Below are positions 1 to 9,018 of a stretch of DNA of 64,000 nucleotides, piece by piece; position 1 is the first letter of the stretch, and the number at the start of each line of letters is the position of its first letter. The DNA is taken from the NCBI GenBank assembly GCA_964592615.1, contig CAZQGB010000001.1, positions 2,422-66,421 of the forward strand, in the 5' to 3' direction. The DNA is from an uncultured Isosphaeraceae bacterium. GTDB lineage: Bacteria; Planctomycetota; Phycisphaerae; Phycisphaerales; SM1A02. Position numbers and translations under genes: made by a program. Below the pieces are notes generated by a model, which did no database searches, was not told the DNA's origin, and worked only from the letters and a program-made list of their open reading frames with translations.

Positions 1-175
1 AGACGCGGTCAATTTTGAAAAGGCGGTCAAAAAAGGTTCGATGTCTTGCATTTCGATACGTCGGTGGTGGAGTGGAAGGGCTGCCGCCTTCAACAGCGAT
101 GATTCTGCTACCTTCAGCGTAGTACGCCGTGCCGTACGTTTGATTTGGTCCAAGTTGTAATAGTGGTGATTCCAT
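1..175 (-). CDS. partial ORF of unknown function (N-terminal 58 codons; continues past window start)
   Basis: Reverse-strand ATG at 175-173 with an open frame to position 1 (MESPLLQLGPNQTYGTAYYAEGSRIIAVEGG...). It is missing from the ORF track only because truncation puts it under 60 aa. No motif recognised. Confidence 0.25.
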   Translation of the reverse strand, partial: MESPLLQLGPNQTYGTAYYAEGSRIIAVEGGSPSTPPPTYRNARHRTFFDRLFKIDRV

Positions 176-248
176 AATGAGTCTGCTCCAATCTTCTATA
201 AGGGTATCGGCAGATATGTACGGTATATGTTAGGCAAACATAACCATA

Positions 249-1448
249 ATGTCAAATCAATTTCGAAAATGCTATTCTACGCGTGTGAGCAGCGATGAAT
301 CAGTAATTCAAACAGACCCTTGGATGCTAGATTCAAGAATTACGTACTTAAATCATGGTAGTTTCGGTGCTCGAGTAAAGTCGATTTTTGATTATCAAAT
401 GGAATTGAAGCGAGAATTTGAGTTTTCGCCGGTCAATTTTCTAGATCGACAACGAAGCCGAGTTGACGAAGCGAGGCAAATTGTTGCGGCATTTTTAGGA
501 GCTCAACCTGATGGTTTTGGCTTTGTAGATAATGCAACAACTGGAATTGGGTGTGTAGTGAACTCCATCGCCTTCGCCCAAGGAGATGAAATACTAACGA
601 CAAATCATGTCTACAACGGTGTTCGTCAAGTATTAACGAAGAGAGCAGATGAATCCGGATGCTCTTACAGAGAAATTGCAATTCCTTTACCTCTGAATGA
701 TTCAGAGGAGATTGTTCAAGCAATTCTAAGATCATTAAATGATGAAACAAAACTGCTTGTTATCGATCATGTCTCTTCCGCTTCTGCGATTCTTTTTCCA
801 GTGCATGAAATAGCCCGTGTTTGTGGTGAAAAAGGCATATTATTGCTTGTTGATGGTGCGCATGCTGCAGGTATGCTCGACTTGAATATAGATAGTATTG
901 GATGCGACTGGTATGTTGGTAATTTACACAAGTGGGTGTGCGCGCCAATTGGTGCTGGATTTGTATGGACTTCAGAGCGACATCGTAAAACCACTCACCC
1001 AATGACTGTTAGTCACTGGCTGTATCAAGGATATGTACAAGAGTTTAATTGGCAGGGCACAAAAGATATTTCTGCGTGGTTAACTGCCGCTAAAGCGGTG
1101 CAGTGGGGATCGGAGATTGGGTGGAGTCATATTCGCCAACACAATCACGCACTAGTTACTCGGATGCATGCATACCTAACTGATATGTGGGATGTGGAGC
1201 CATTCTCACCATTAGATGGTTCAATGCTTGGCAGTATGGCAACAGTGGCCCTGCCAAAGTATTGCCCCTCCAAGATGGATCAATGTGTAGCGCTCAGAGA
1301 TGAACTCTACCTTAGGAACTGTATAGAAGTCCCAATATTTGAATTCCAGAGCAGGGGAGTAGTGAGAATTAGCGCCCAACTCTACTTAGATTTCAACGAC
1401 GTAAAAGCTCTAAATGCCGCAATAAATGACATTTATATCTCGAAATAG
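249..1448 (+). CDS. class V-fold PLP-dependent aminotransferase (isopenicillin-N epimerase / cysteine desulfurase-like)
   Basis: 399-aa ORF with LNHGSFG near the N-terminus, DGAHA, and NLHKW (PLP-lysine context), typical of this fold. Confidence 0.8.
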   Translation: MSNQFRKCYSTRVSSDESVIQTDPWMLDSRITYLNHGSFGARVKSIFDYQMELKREFEFSPVNFLDRQRSRVDEARQIVAAFLGAQPDGFGFVDNATTGIGCVVNSIAFAQGDEILTTNHVYNGVRQVLTKRADESGCSYREIAIPLPLNDSEEIVQAILRSLNDETKLLVIDHVSSASAILFPVHEIARVCGEKGILLLVDGAHAAGMLDLNIDSIGCDWYVGNLHKWVCAPIGAGFVWTSERHRKTTHPMTVSHWLYQGYVQEFNWQGTKDISAWLTAAKAVQWGSEIGWSHIRQHNHALVTRMHAYLTDMWDVEPFSPLDGSMLGSMATVALPKYCPSKMDQCVALRDELYLRNCIEVPIFEFQSRGVVRISAQLYLDFNDVKALNAAINDIYISK

Positions 1449-1519
1449 CAATTTTTTCATTTTTTTTGCTAAAAAACGAACCTTTTTATTGACACGCCTT
1501 CTTATCTAGTGCAAATTAC

Positions 1520-1830
1520 ATATGTCCGTTAGCCGGATATATAACACACTGATTGTTTACCTGAGAAGGTAAGGGATCAATCATCTTTTTTGCGGAAGCA
1601 AAAATTGTGATTTAGCCGAGTTCAAAAGGTGTGTCAAGGGACGGGCAAGCCGTGAGAATTCGGCATTGTTAGGATCAGTATCTTGTTGATACTGAGAAAA
1701 TGTAAGGGAACATAACCTTGACCTGAGAAAGAGGTTGTGCAACAGACAAACGCTTCCACGTCCTGTTGCTTGGTTAATCTTCAGTTTCCCAAAAGATTGG
1801 GCTCTTGGCCGGCAAGAGCCCTTTTTCTTT
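1520..1830 (+). ncRNA. candidate structured non-coding RNA of unknown class (alternatively a long structured 3' UTR of the aminotransferase gene)
   Basis: No credible ORF. Six consecutive stem-loops at 1550-1583, 1586-1604 (7-bp stem, GGAA tetraloop), 1615-1664 (9-bp stem enclosing ACGG-GCAAG-CCGT), 1676-1694 (7 bp perfect), 1711-1739 and 1739-1769 (7 bp perfect), ending in an intrinsic terminator. TTGACA at 1489-1494 is a possible -35. Confidence 0.45.
1799..1830 (+). terminator. rho-independent terminator
   Basis: GGGCTCTTG-GCCG-CAAGAGCCC (9-bp GC-rich stem) followed by TTTTTCTTT. Confidence 0.75.
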
Positions 1831-1868
1831 GCGCGTACTTAATTGCATACTTACTAGTTTTGCCAATC

Positions 1869-1913
1869 TGGCTCAGAGCCAACTTGGCTCAGAGCCAAGT
1901 TGGCTCTGAGCCA
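1869..1913. repeat. 45-nt perfect nested palindrome made of three 16-nt-spaced TGGCTC-N-GAGCCA units (REP-like element, copy 1)
   Basis: Read directly: the left 22 nt is the exact reverse complement of the right 22 nt around a central A. A second copy lies at 59990-60034. Confidence 0.9.
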
Positions 1914-2763
1914 GGTTGGGAAGGGAAGCAGCGCCAAGGAGGCCTGCATCTGGACCAAGTGTCGTGATGCAAAGTTCGCACTGCTTGCAGTGCGAAGGAA
2001 AAACATCAGAGAGAAATTGATGGCGTATCACTTCTACATATGGTTCACCAAGTGCTTCGACAAGCCCACCACCTAAAACAACGGTGTCGAGTGAAAGAAG
2101 CGTGACCACGTTGGCAATCGAAGATCCAATCCTAGAAGCTCCATCATTTACTGCTTGAGTAATCTGTTTGCTATTTCCATAGCCATTTGCAATTGTTGTA
2201 GTGTCGAGTTCAGGCATTTGTAGAAGGCGTTTGAGCCCACTTCTGCTGGCAAACCCTTCGAGTACGCGCGGATTTTCGGAGCGTGTATATTCACTGATAC
2301 CCATTCCAAATTCACCACCCGTGCCAAGGGGTCCCCTCCAAATAGTTTTGTTTAGGATGAGCCCGCCTCCAATTCCAGTTCCAACCCAGACTGCGAATAA
2401 TGAATCGCTTTTGATGCCAGTGCCATAAGAAAACTCGCCCCACGCAGCAGCGGTTACGTCATTTTCAATGACAACCTTGCATTGAAGTTCGTCCGAAACA
2501 AATTTCGCAAGAGGGGCATCGTCCCAATCCAAATTTTCAGCTCGAAGAACTATTCCTTTGGCTACATTCACACTGCCCGCAACCGAAATCCCTACAGAGG
2601 TAATATCAGTGCCAACTAACTCTTTAATTGCCTTACAAGTTTGAGCAGCAACTGCTTTAAAATTGCCGAGTGCTTGTATAGGTTGATGAACTCGTTCAAC
2701 AACCTTCCCATCTTTAACTCGTCCTACAAGTAAGTTTGTTCCTCCGATGTCTACACCAATCAT
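1873..2763 (-). CDS. glk: ROK-family glucokinase
   Basis: MIGVDIGGTN phosphate-1 motif and ROK-like GTGIGGG and GEFG segments. The ATG at 2763 overlaps the gatA stop (ATGA). About the last 13 codons and the TGA stop lie inside the palindrome. Confidence 0.85.
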   Translation of the reverse strand: MIGVDIGGTNLLVGRVKDGKVVERVHQPIQALGNFKAVAAQTCKAIKELVGTDITSVGISVAGSVNVAKGIVLRAENLDWDDAPLAKFVSDELQCKVVIENDVTAAAWGEFSYGTGIKSDSLFAVWVGTGIGGGLILNKTIWRGPLGTGGEFGMGISEYTRSENPRVLEGFASRSGLKRLLQMPELDTTTIANGYGNSKQITQAVNDGASRIGSSIANVVTLLSLDTVVLGGGLVEALGEPYVEVIRHQFLSDVFPSHCKQCELCITTLGPDAGLLGAASLPNLAQSQLGSEPSWL

Positions 2764-4109
2764 GAGCAACACTCTGGTGTATGCGTGTGGAAGTCTGTTT
2801 CAGATTCAAACATTTGAGCTATTCGAAGGAGCTTTACATCATCATGCCATGGGCCTTGTAAATGTAAACCAATTGGTAGTCGGGCTCCATGCTCCTCAGA
2901 AAATCCGCAGGGAATTGAAATTCCGCAAATTCCTGCAATATTTGTATTTGCTGTGTAGACATCATTCATGTACATAGAGACGGGATCTGTTTTTTCGCCA
3001 AGTTTAAATGCTACTGTAGGTGTTGTTGGTCCAAGAATGACATCACATTTAGAAAATGCCTCTTTATATTCTTCGCATATTAGACGGCGAATTTTCAAAG
3101 CGTTATTGTAATACGCATCGTAATATCCACTACTAAGAACATAAGTTCCAAGCATGATTCGTCGTTTCACTTCTGCTCCAAAACCTTCTGCCCTGCTTTT
3201 TGCGTAGAGCTCTATCAAGTCTTTGCAATGTTCACGTGTTCGGTGACCGTAACGAATGCCATCGTATCGAGCGAGGTTGCTCGATGCTTCAGCTGGAGCA
3301 AGAACGTAATACGTCGAAACGCCAACATCAGTCAACGGCAAGTCGATGTCGACAATTGTTGCCCCGATTTTTTTATAGGTTTCAATTGCAGCGGTAATTG
3401 CTTCGTTGATTGCTGGATCGTTTTGGTCGCCTCTATACTGCGATGGAACGCCAATGCGTAAATTGTCAATTGGAATGTTTAGGTTCTCAAGGAAATCAGG
3501 AAGTGGTTCTGGGTTAGATGTTGAATCGAACTCATCGTGTCCTGCAATGACTTGCATAATTTGAGCGGTGTCCTCAACAGACTGGGTGAAAGTGCCAATT
3601 TGATCTAGACTTGAAGCAAATGCGACTAGCCCGTACCTGCTTACGGTTCCATATGTAGGTTTGAAGCCGACTATTCCGCAGAGAGCAGCAGGTTGTCGAA
3701 TAGATCCTCCAGTATCTGAACCGAGGGCTGCGTTGCACATTCTCGCCGCGACTGCAACGGCACTTCCGCCCGAAGAGCCGCCAGGAACCCGAGTTTTATC
3801 CCAAGGATTTAAGACTGGCCCCCAAGCGCAGTGCTCTGTCGAAGAGCCCATTGCAAATTCGTCACAGTTTGTTTTGCCAACAAGCGTTGCACCTGCACAA
3901 ATTAGGCGGTCTACAACGGTTGCGTTGAACGGACTCTTGTAACCTTTGAGCATCTTTGAACCACAAGTAGTAGTTCCCTCTTTTGTGACAATGTTATCTT
4001 TGATGGCAATCGTCATGCCCTGTAAAGAGCCGCTACATGATTCTGTTTCATCCCAAACTTCGTGAAAAGCATTGAAGTTGTCTAAGTCTTGAATGTTAAC
4101 TGAGCTCAT
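2760..4109 (-). CDS. gatA: Glu/Asp-tRNA amidotransferase subunit A
   Basis: Amidase signature GGSSGGSAVAVAA...GSDTGGSIRQPAA. 4-nt ATGA overlap with gatC upstream. Confidence 0.95.
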   Translation of the reverse strand: MSSVNIQDLDNFNAFHEVWDETESCSGSLQGMTIAIKDNIVTKEGTTTCGSKMLKGYKSPFNATVVDRLICAGATLVGKTNCDEFAMGSSTEHCAWGPVLNPWDKTRVPGGSSGGSAVAVAARMCNAALGSDTGGSIRQPAALCGIVGFKPTYGTVSRYGLVAFASSLDQIGTFTQSVEDTAQIMQVIAGHDEFDSTSNPEPLPDFLENLNIPIDNLRIGVPSQYRGDQNDPAINEAITAAIETYKKIGATIVDIDLPLTDVGVSTYYVLAPAEASSNLARYDGIRYGHRTREHCKDLIELYAKSRAEGFGAEVKRRIMLGTYVLSSGYYDAYYNNALKIRRLICEEYKEAFSKCDVILGPTTPTVAFKLGEKTDPVSMYMNDVYTANTNIAGICGISIPCGFSEEHGARLPIGLHLQGPWHDDVKLLRIAQMFESETDFHTHTPECCS

Positions 4110-4423
4110 GCAGAACCTCCTAGCACCTTGGGCACATCAAAATATATATCTTTCGTGGCGGGGGCATTTGCAAAAACTTGTTCTTGGGTGAGAGAATCTC
4201 CGACCGTGTCATCACGTGTGCTATTTGTGAGTTCAGTCGGATGATCAAGTGGCTCCACACCTGAGGTGTCAATGGACTTTAGTAGGTCGATATGTGTAAA
4301 AATTGCTTTAAGGTCTTTTTTTGCTTCGATTAACTCTACATCAGTTAGCGCTAGTCGAGCGAGGTGTGCGACATGCTGAACTGCATCATCAGATAATGCT
4401 GAATCTGGTTCGATCTGGTTCAT
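4106..4423 (-). CDS. gatC: Glu/Asp-tRNA amidotransferase subunit C
   Basis: 105 aa; VAHLARLALTDVELIEAKKDL...VEP pattern typical of GatC; coupled to gatA. Confidence 0.9.
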   Translation of the reverse strand: MNQIEPDSALSDDAVQHVAHLARLALTDVELIEAKKDLKAIFTHIDLLKSIDTSGVEPLDHPTELTNSTRDDTVGDSLTQEQVFANAPATKDIYFDVPKVLGGSA

Positions 4424-4424
4424 A

Positions 4425-5765
4425 ATGAGGAGCGTATCAGAATACCATCAAGTATCATATAGTTCTATGCCAACAAGTCGAGCCATTTCTTTTATTACAA
4501 GAACAATCGTGTCCATTGTTTGTATTGTGGTTGGCTTCGCCATTCTAACAATGCTTGTCAGCAGCAAGCCGAAACTAGAGACAGTGAGCGGAGCTCGTTC
4601 ACTGCCAGCAGTGATTGTAATGGAGGCAACTCAAATACCAATCGCCAGAAGAACAGTTGGATACGGGACTGCCGATGCATTGCAACATGCTGATGTCCCT
4701 GCCCAAGTTTCTTCCACGGTTACGCTCGTTCCTCCGACGACTCGAGTTGGCTATGCTGTAAAAAAAGGCGATTTGCTCGTTGAACTTGATGATGTCGATT
4801 TCAAGCAACAGGTGATACGGGCGGAGCTCTCATTATCAACATCGAAGTCAGAGAGGGCGCTACTTGCTGTTGAAAGGAGAGCTGCTGATGAACGTGCAGA
4901 ACTTGCAAGGAGAGATCAAGCACTGTCTGAGGCGGAACTTCAGCGAATAACAGAAGCTTTCAACAGTGGAGCAGCTAAACAAAGAGAGGTTGACATCGCG
5001 AAGCAAAAAACAATTGCAGCAACGTCTGCTTCTGTAAATGCAACCGAAGTTGCAAACCGCTTTCCTGCAAAAGAAGAACAAGCCTCTTCAACCGTGTCAA
5101 CTAAACAAGCAGAGCTTGCCCTTGCACAAGAGAACTTGAAGAGATGTAAAATTCTGAGCCCTATTGCTGGAGTATTACAGGAGATAGATGTGCGGGTGGG
5201 CGAACATGTAAACAAGGGTAAAAGAATTGCGAGAGTTGTTAATAGTGGTAACTTAGAAATCCCATTGCGACTGCCTTCTTATGCTCGTTCATTTGTTAAC
5301 AAATTTGACCCAGTTAACCTACGTTCAGCGGGATTTGGAAAGAGGTATTGGGAAGCTCATATTTCTAGAATTGCTCCTGAAGATGATCCTCAAACTAGAA
5401 CTATGGTTGCATTTGTTGATGTTGAACAAAATCCAGCCAATGGTTCTCGTATTCCTCCTGGGATATTCTTGCGAGGGGAAGTAGTGAATACAACTACGGC
5501 AACCCCAAGATGGGTAGTTCCAAGAAGGGCTATTCGTGACGATAGGCTTATGATTGTTCGAGATGCAGTTTTACGAAGTGTTCCAGTTGCCCTTGATTAT
5601 TCGATTAAGGCAAACTTTGACCAATTTGGATTGCCGGACTATGATTGGGCGGTTCTACAAACACCATTAGCCGAGGGAGACTTGGTTGTTGTTGATCCTG
5701 GAGGAAATTTGCGAGACGGAATGAGTGTTCGTTCGATACTTGCCACTGAGGTTGCAGCAGAATGA
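4425..5765 (+). CDS. RND efflux periplasmic adaptor (HlyD/MFP family); start uncertain (MPTSRAISF at 4467 is plausible)
   Basis: N-terminal TM helix, long coiled-coil region (AELARRDQALSEAELQR...), barrel-sandwich motifs, and ATGA overlap with the downstream RND pump. Confidence 0.85.
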   Translation: MRSVSEYHQVSYSSMPTSRAISFITRTIVSIVCIVVGFAILTMLVSSKPKLETVSGARSLPAVIVMEATQIPIARRTVGYGTADALQHADVPAQVSSTVTLVPPTTRVGYAVKKGDLLVELDDVDFKQQVIRAELSLSTSKSERALLAVERRAADERAELARRDQALSEAELQRITEAFNSGAAKQREVDIAKQKTIAATSASVNATEVANRFPAKEEQASSTVSTKQAELALAQENLKRCKILSPIAGVLQEIDVRVGEHVNKGKRIARVVNSGNLEIPLRLPSYARSFVNKFDPVNLRSAGFGKRYWEAHISRIAPEDDPQTRTMVAFVDVEQNPANGSRIPPGIFLRGEVVNTTTATPRWVVPRRAIRDDRLMIVRDAVLRSVPVALDYSIKANFDQFGLPDYDWAVLQTPLAEGDLVVVDPGGNLRDGMSVRSILATEVAAE

Positions 5766-8700
5766 ATCTCCCGCGCTTTGGCGTTAAGAATCCTGTTCCA
5801 ATCAATCTGCTTATGGCAGGGCTAATTCTTGCAGGGATTTTTTCTGCGTTTAATCTAAGACGTCAATTTTTTCCAGATATGGAGTTTGACAAAGTCGTGG
5901 TAACTATGGCATATCCGGGCGCTTCGCCAGAGAATGTTGAAAGTGTTTTAGCGACTAGGTTAGAAAACGCTCTTGTTGATATTGATGAAGTCGATGAGAT
6001 TCGCACAACTTGTATTGAGGGGTCTGCCTCCCTTGTCGTTTCATTTAATGAAGGGGTATCTAATATTGATGAAGCAATCGACGAGGTTCGGCGTTCGGTT
6101 GAGGGATTGCAAGATTTGCCAACGGACGTTGAGCGTCCAGTTGTTACTCGTTTAGAGCCGGCTATGCCTGTAATTATGGTTCAACTTTGGGGAGACGTAG
6201 ACAAGCATGTCATGAAGAAAGCAATTCGCGATATTCGTGATGACCTTCGTTCGTTTTCTGAAATGGGCGCGATAAATGTTGGCGGGGATATAGAAAACGA
6301 GTTGACAGTGGAAGTTGACCAAGACAGTTTGGTCGAGCATGGGTTAAGTATTACGTCAGTTGCAGATCGCATTTCGATATGGATGAGTGAAATTCCCGGT
6401 GGAACGTTGCGAAGTTCGGGAGGCGATATCGTTATTCGAACAAATACTCCTGAAGAATCCTCTGTTGACTTAGAAGAACTCGTGATTCGTTCTTCTCATG
6501 ATGGTGAGACACTTCACCTTGGTGATATTGCAAATGTGCAAACAACTTTGGTGGACGTGCCAATTACTACTCGTTTCAATTCACAGCCAGCGATGAATCT
6601 GTTTATAACAAAGTCTGGAGATCAAGATATTGTTGTTATTGCAGAAATAGTACGATCCTATGTTGCAGGAAGAATGGGAGAACCATTTGAACCTACTTGG
6701 CAAGACAATATTCTAGACGGGAAATCAAGTAGGCAGAAAGCATGGCAACTTGGCGTAGATTCAGACCCGTTGCCAAGTAACACATCGCTCTCAACATTTA
6801 CTGATCTCGCAAGATTCGTTGAAGGCAGAATGAACTTGCTTACTAAGAATGCGATGTATGGCGGAATTTTAGTCTTCGTATTATTATTGCTCGCATTAAA
6901 TTGGCGTGTTGCGTTTTGGGTAGGGATTGGATTGCTCACCGCACTTAGTGGCACTTTATTTGTCATGTCTCTTTTTGGGATTACTCTAAACATGCTTACG
7001 ATGTTTGCATTAATTTTGGTGCTAGGGCTTCTTGTTGATGATGCTATTGTCGTAGCAGAAAATATAAAAGCCCAACATGAAAAAGGTGTGTCTGCAATGG
7101 ACGCTGCAGTCACTGGAGCAGGTCAAGTGCTTTGGCCTGTAGTTGCGACAGTTCTGACTTCAATTGTTGCTTTTTTGCCACTTACTTTCGTGAAGGGAAA
7201 CATGGGAGATCTTCTTGGGGCACTTCCTGTTGTTGTTGCTTGCGCGCTTGCTATGAGTTTGTTTGAAGCGTTGTTGATTTTGCCTGGTCACTTGGGGCAT
7301 AGTTTGGAAAAAACAGAAGCCCCGTCAACGTCAAGGATTGGAACATTAATTCAAAAATACGAAGTCGCTCGTGACCGATTTCTTTTTCAAAAGATAGTTC
7401 CAAGTTATTTACGGGTGCTTTCGCTCGTAATTAAATTTAGATACATCTCCCTTGCTTTTGCGATTTCAACATTGATTGTTTCAATGGGTTTAGTTGCAGG
7501 TGGTCGTGTTGGATATGAGTTTATGACTATTCCTGATGCTGAAACAATCGCTATCAATGTTCGCATGCCAGAGGGGACGCCTTACTCTCAGTCTCTGCGA
7601 ATGCTCGAGCATCTTGAGAGGGCTTCAAGAGATCAAAAGCAGGTTCATCACATAAGCACTGCTATTGGAGTACAGATGCCAACAGAGGGAACTTCTGGAG
7701 GTCTTGGCTCAAACCTTGGGCAGCTCTTTATTGAATTGACTCCTGCTGAAAATCGAGAATTGAATGCAAACGAAGTCATCGATAACATTAGGGGCACCCT
7801 TGGTGATCGTGTAATGATGGCTGATAGTATTGAATATGAATTGATGTCGGGTGCTCCGGGGGGTGCTGACATAACAATTAAGTTACAGGGGGAAGACGAG
7901 AGAAGTTTGATTTCTGCAGCAGAAGTAATAACAGATGATTTAAGAAAATACGCCTCGGTGAATGATATTGTTGACGATGCTTCGGCTGGTCAACGAGAAC
8001 TTCATTTAGAGTTAAGAGAAGGTGCATCTAGTACGGGGCTAACCTTGGCAGAACTAGCACGTCAAGTTAGGGGGGCGGTATACGGTATTGATGCACATGT
8101 TTTTGCTAAGGGAGACGAAGAAGTAGATGTTCGTGTCAAGTTGGGCGAAGACATTCGTAAAAACCTCGGAGAGTTGGAGCAGTTTTGGATTACTACTCCT
8201 GCGGGTGTTTCGATTCCGCTCGTTGAGATAGCAAGCATCACAGAGAAGCGAGGGTATACAACTATTCACCGCTTGGATCGTAAAAGAAATATAACTCTTA
8301 CTGCTGACACTGTGGATGGGGTGAGCCCTGAATCAATTGCGGCAGATTTGCCATTTGATAAATGGCGAGCGGCATTCCCTGATATTGAATTTTCAAAGGG
8401 TGGGAGGCAGGAACAACAACAAGCCGCGTTCAGTTCTCTTCCGCTCGGGTTTAGTGCTGCGTGTTTGATGATTTACGTTATTTTGGCTTGGCTATTTGGA
8501 AGTTACTTCCAGCCACTCATAGTTATGCTCGGAATTCCTTTTGCAATGATTGGTGTAATTTGGGGGCATTATTTCGCAGGAGTTTCACTTTCATTTTTAA
8601 GTATGATTGGATTTGTCGCCCTTAGTGGTGTTGTCGTCAATGACTCGCTGATTTTTGTTGAGTTCTATAACTCAAGAAGAGCAGAGGGAGATGATTTGAG

Positions 8701-8965
8701 TACCTCTCTACTAAGTGCAGGCGCTGCACGACTTAGGCCTATATTCTTGACGACAATCACAACAGTTTTGGGACTTACTCCTTTAATGCTTGAACAGTCA
8801 ATGCAAGCAAAATTTCTAATTCCCATGGCGCTCGCAATTTCATTTGGCTTGATGAGCGCAACTGTTCTAATACTTCTTTTATTGCCAGCGTTACTTGTTA
8901 TAGGCAATGACTTTAAGGAAATGGGCAAGTACCTTTGGGCAGGGGGTCGTGAAGGTCCGTTATAA
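5762..8965 (+). CDS. RND superfamily efflux permease (AcrB/CzcA-like)
   Basis: 1067 aa. 12-TM/two-large-loop architecture with conserved LVLGLLVDDAIVVAEN and GVVVNDSLIFVEF motifs. Confidence 0.95.
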   Translation: MNLPRFGVKNPVPINLLMAGLILAGIFSAFNLRRQFFPDMEFDKVVVTMAYPGASPENVESVLATRLENALVDIDEVDEIRTTCIEGSASLVVSFNEGVSNIDEAIDEVRRSVEGLQDLPTDVERPVVTRLEPAMPVIMVQLWGDVDKHVMKKAIRDIRDDLRSFSEMGAINVGGDIENELTVEVDQDSLVEHGLSITSVADRISIWMSEIPGGTLRSSGGDIVIRTNTPEESSVDLEELVIRSSHDGETLHLGDIANVQTTLVDVPITTRFNSQPAMNLFITKSGDQDIVVIAEIVRSYVAGRMGEPFEPTWQDNILDGKSSRQKAWQLGVDSDPLPSNTSLSTFTDLARFVEGRMNLLTKNAMYGGILVFVLLLLALNWRVAFWVGIGLLTALSGTLFVMSLFGITLNMLTMFALILVLGLLVDDAIVVAENIKAQHEKGVSAMDAAVTGAGQVLWPVVATVLTSIVAFLPLTFVKGNMGDLLGALPVVVACALAMSLFEALLILPGHLGHSLEKTEAPSTSRIGTLIQKYEVARDRFLFQKIVPSYLRVLSLVIKFRYISLAFAISTLIVSMGLVAGGRVGYEFMTIPDAETIAINVRMPEGTPYSQSLRMLEHLERASRDQKQVHHISTAIGVQMPTEGTSGGLGSNLGQLFIELTPAENRELNANEVIDNIRGTLGDRVMMADSIEYELMSGAPGGADITIKLQGEDERSLISAAEVITDDLRKYASVNDIVDDASAGQRELHLELREGASSTGLTLAELARQVRGAVYGIDAHVFAKGDEEVDVRVKLGEDIRKNLGELEQFWITTPAGVSIPLVEIASITEKRGYTTIHRLDRKRNITLTADTVDGVSPESIAADLPFDKWRAAFPDIEFSKGGRQEQQQAAFSSLPLGFSAACLMIYVILAWLFGSYFQPLIVMLGIPFAMIGVIWGHYFAGVSLSFLSMIGFVALSGVVVNDSLIFVEFYNSRRAEGDDLSTSLLSAGAARLRPIFLTTITTVLGLTPLMLEQSMQAKFLIPMALAISFGLMSATVLILLLLPALLVIGNDFKEMGKYLWAGGREGPL

Positions 8966-9018
8966 TACCCCTGAGCCCTCGGAACTTCATTAGTTAACTA
9001 CCGAGCGCTTCTTTGGTT

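Noticed and set aside
1500-1830. Possible RNase P RNA, tmRNA or TPP riboswitch
   Set aside because: There are short resemblances: GUGCAACAGACAAACGC and GGUAAGGGA to RNase P J11/12-P13 regions, and CUGAGA to the THI element. The diagnostic elements are absent: GAGGAAAGUCCGG and ACAGAAnCCGGCUUA for RNase P, the tRNA-like acceptor/T-arm and tag ORF for tmRNA, and the pyrimidine-sensor helix for TPP. Kept as an unknown ncRNA instead.
1737-1967. 76-aa ORF on the plus strand
   Set aside because: It runs straight through the intrinsic terminator and the 45-nt palindrome and overlaps the glk 3' end. Its sequence is repeat-derived (LAQSQVGSEPGWEG), so it is almost certainly not coding.
4423-4467. gatC and the efflux adaptor ORF appear to start head-to-head 1 nt apart (CATAATG)
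   Set aside because: This is probably an ORF-extension artefact. The adaptor more plausibly starts at MPTSRAISF (4467) just before its TM helix, but I cannot decide this from the sequence alone.
6949-6963. Sigma-54-like -24/-12 element TGGCAC-N5-TTGT
   Set aside because: It lies deep inside the RND pump CDS, has a mismatch in the -12 box, and has no downstream gene start. Likely chance.
6658-7113. 151-aa antisense ORF inside the RND pump; similar antisense ORFs at 22130-22642, 23231-23647, 24785-25213, 10395-10769, 37431-37808 and 56861-57283
   Set aside because: These are shadow ORFs opposite or out of frame with strongly supported genes. Composition is low-complexity (Ser/Pro/Arg-rich) and no motifs are present.
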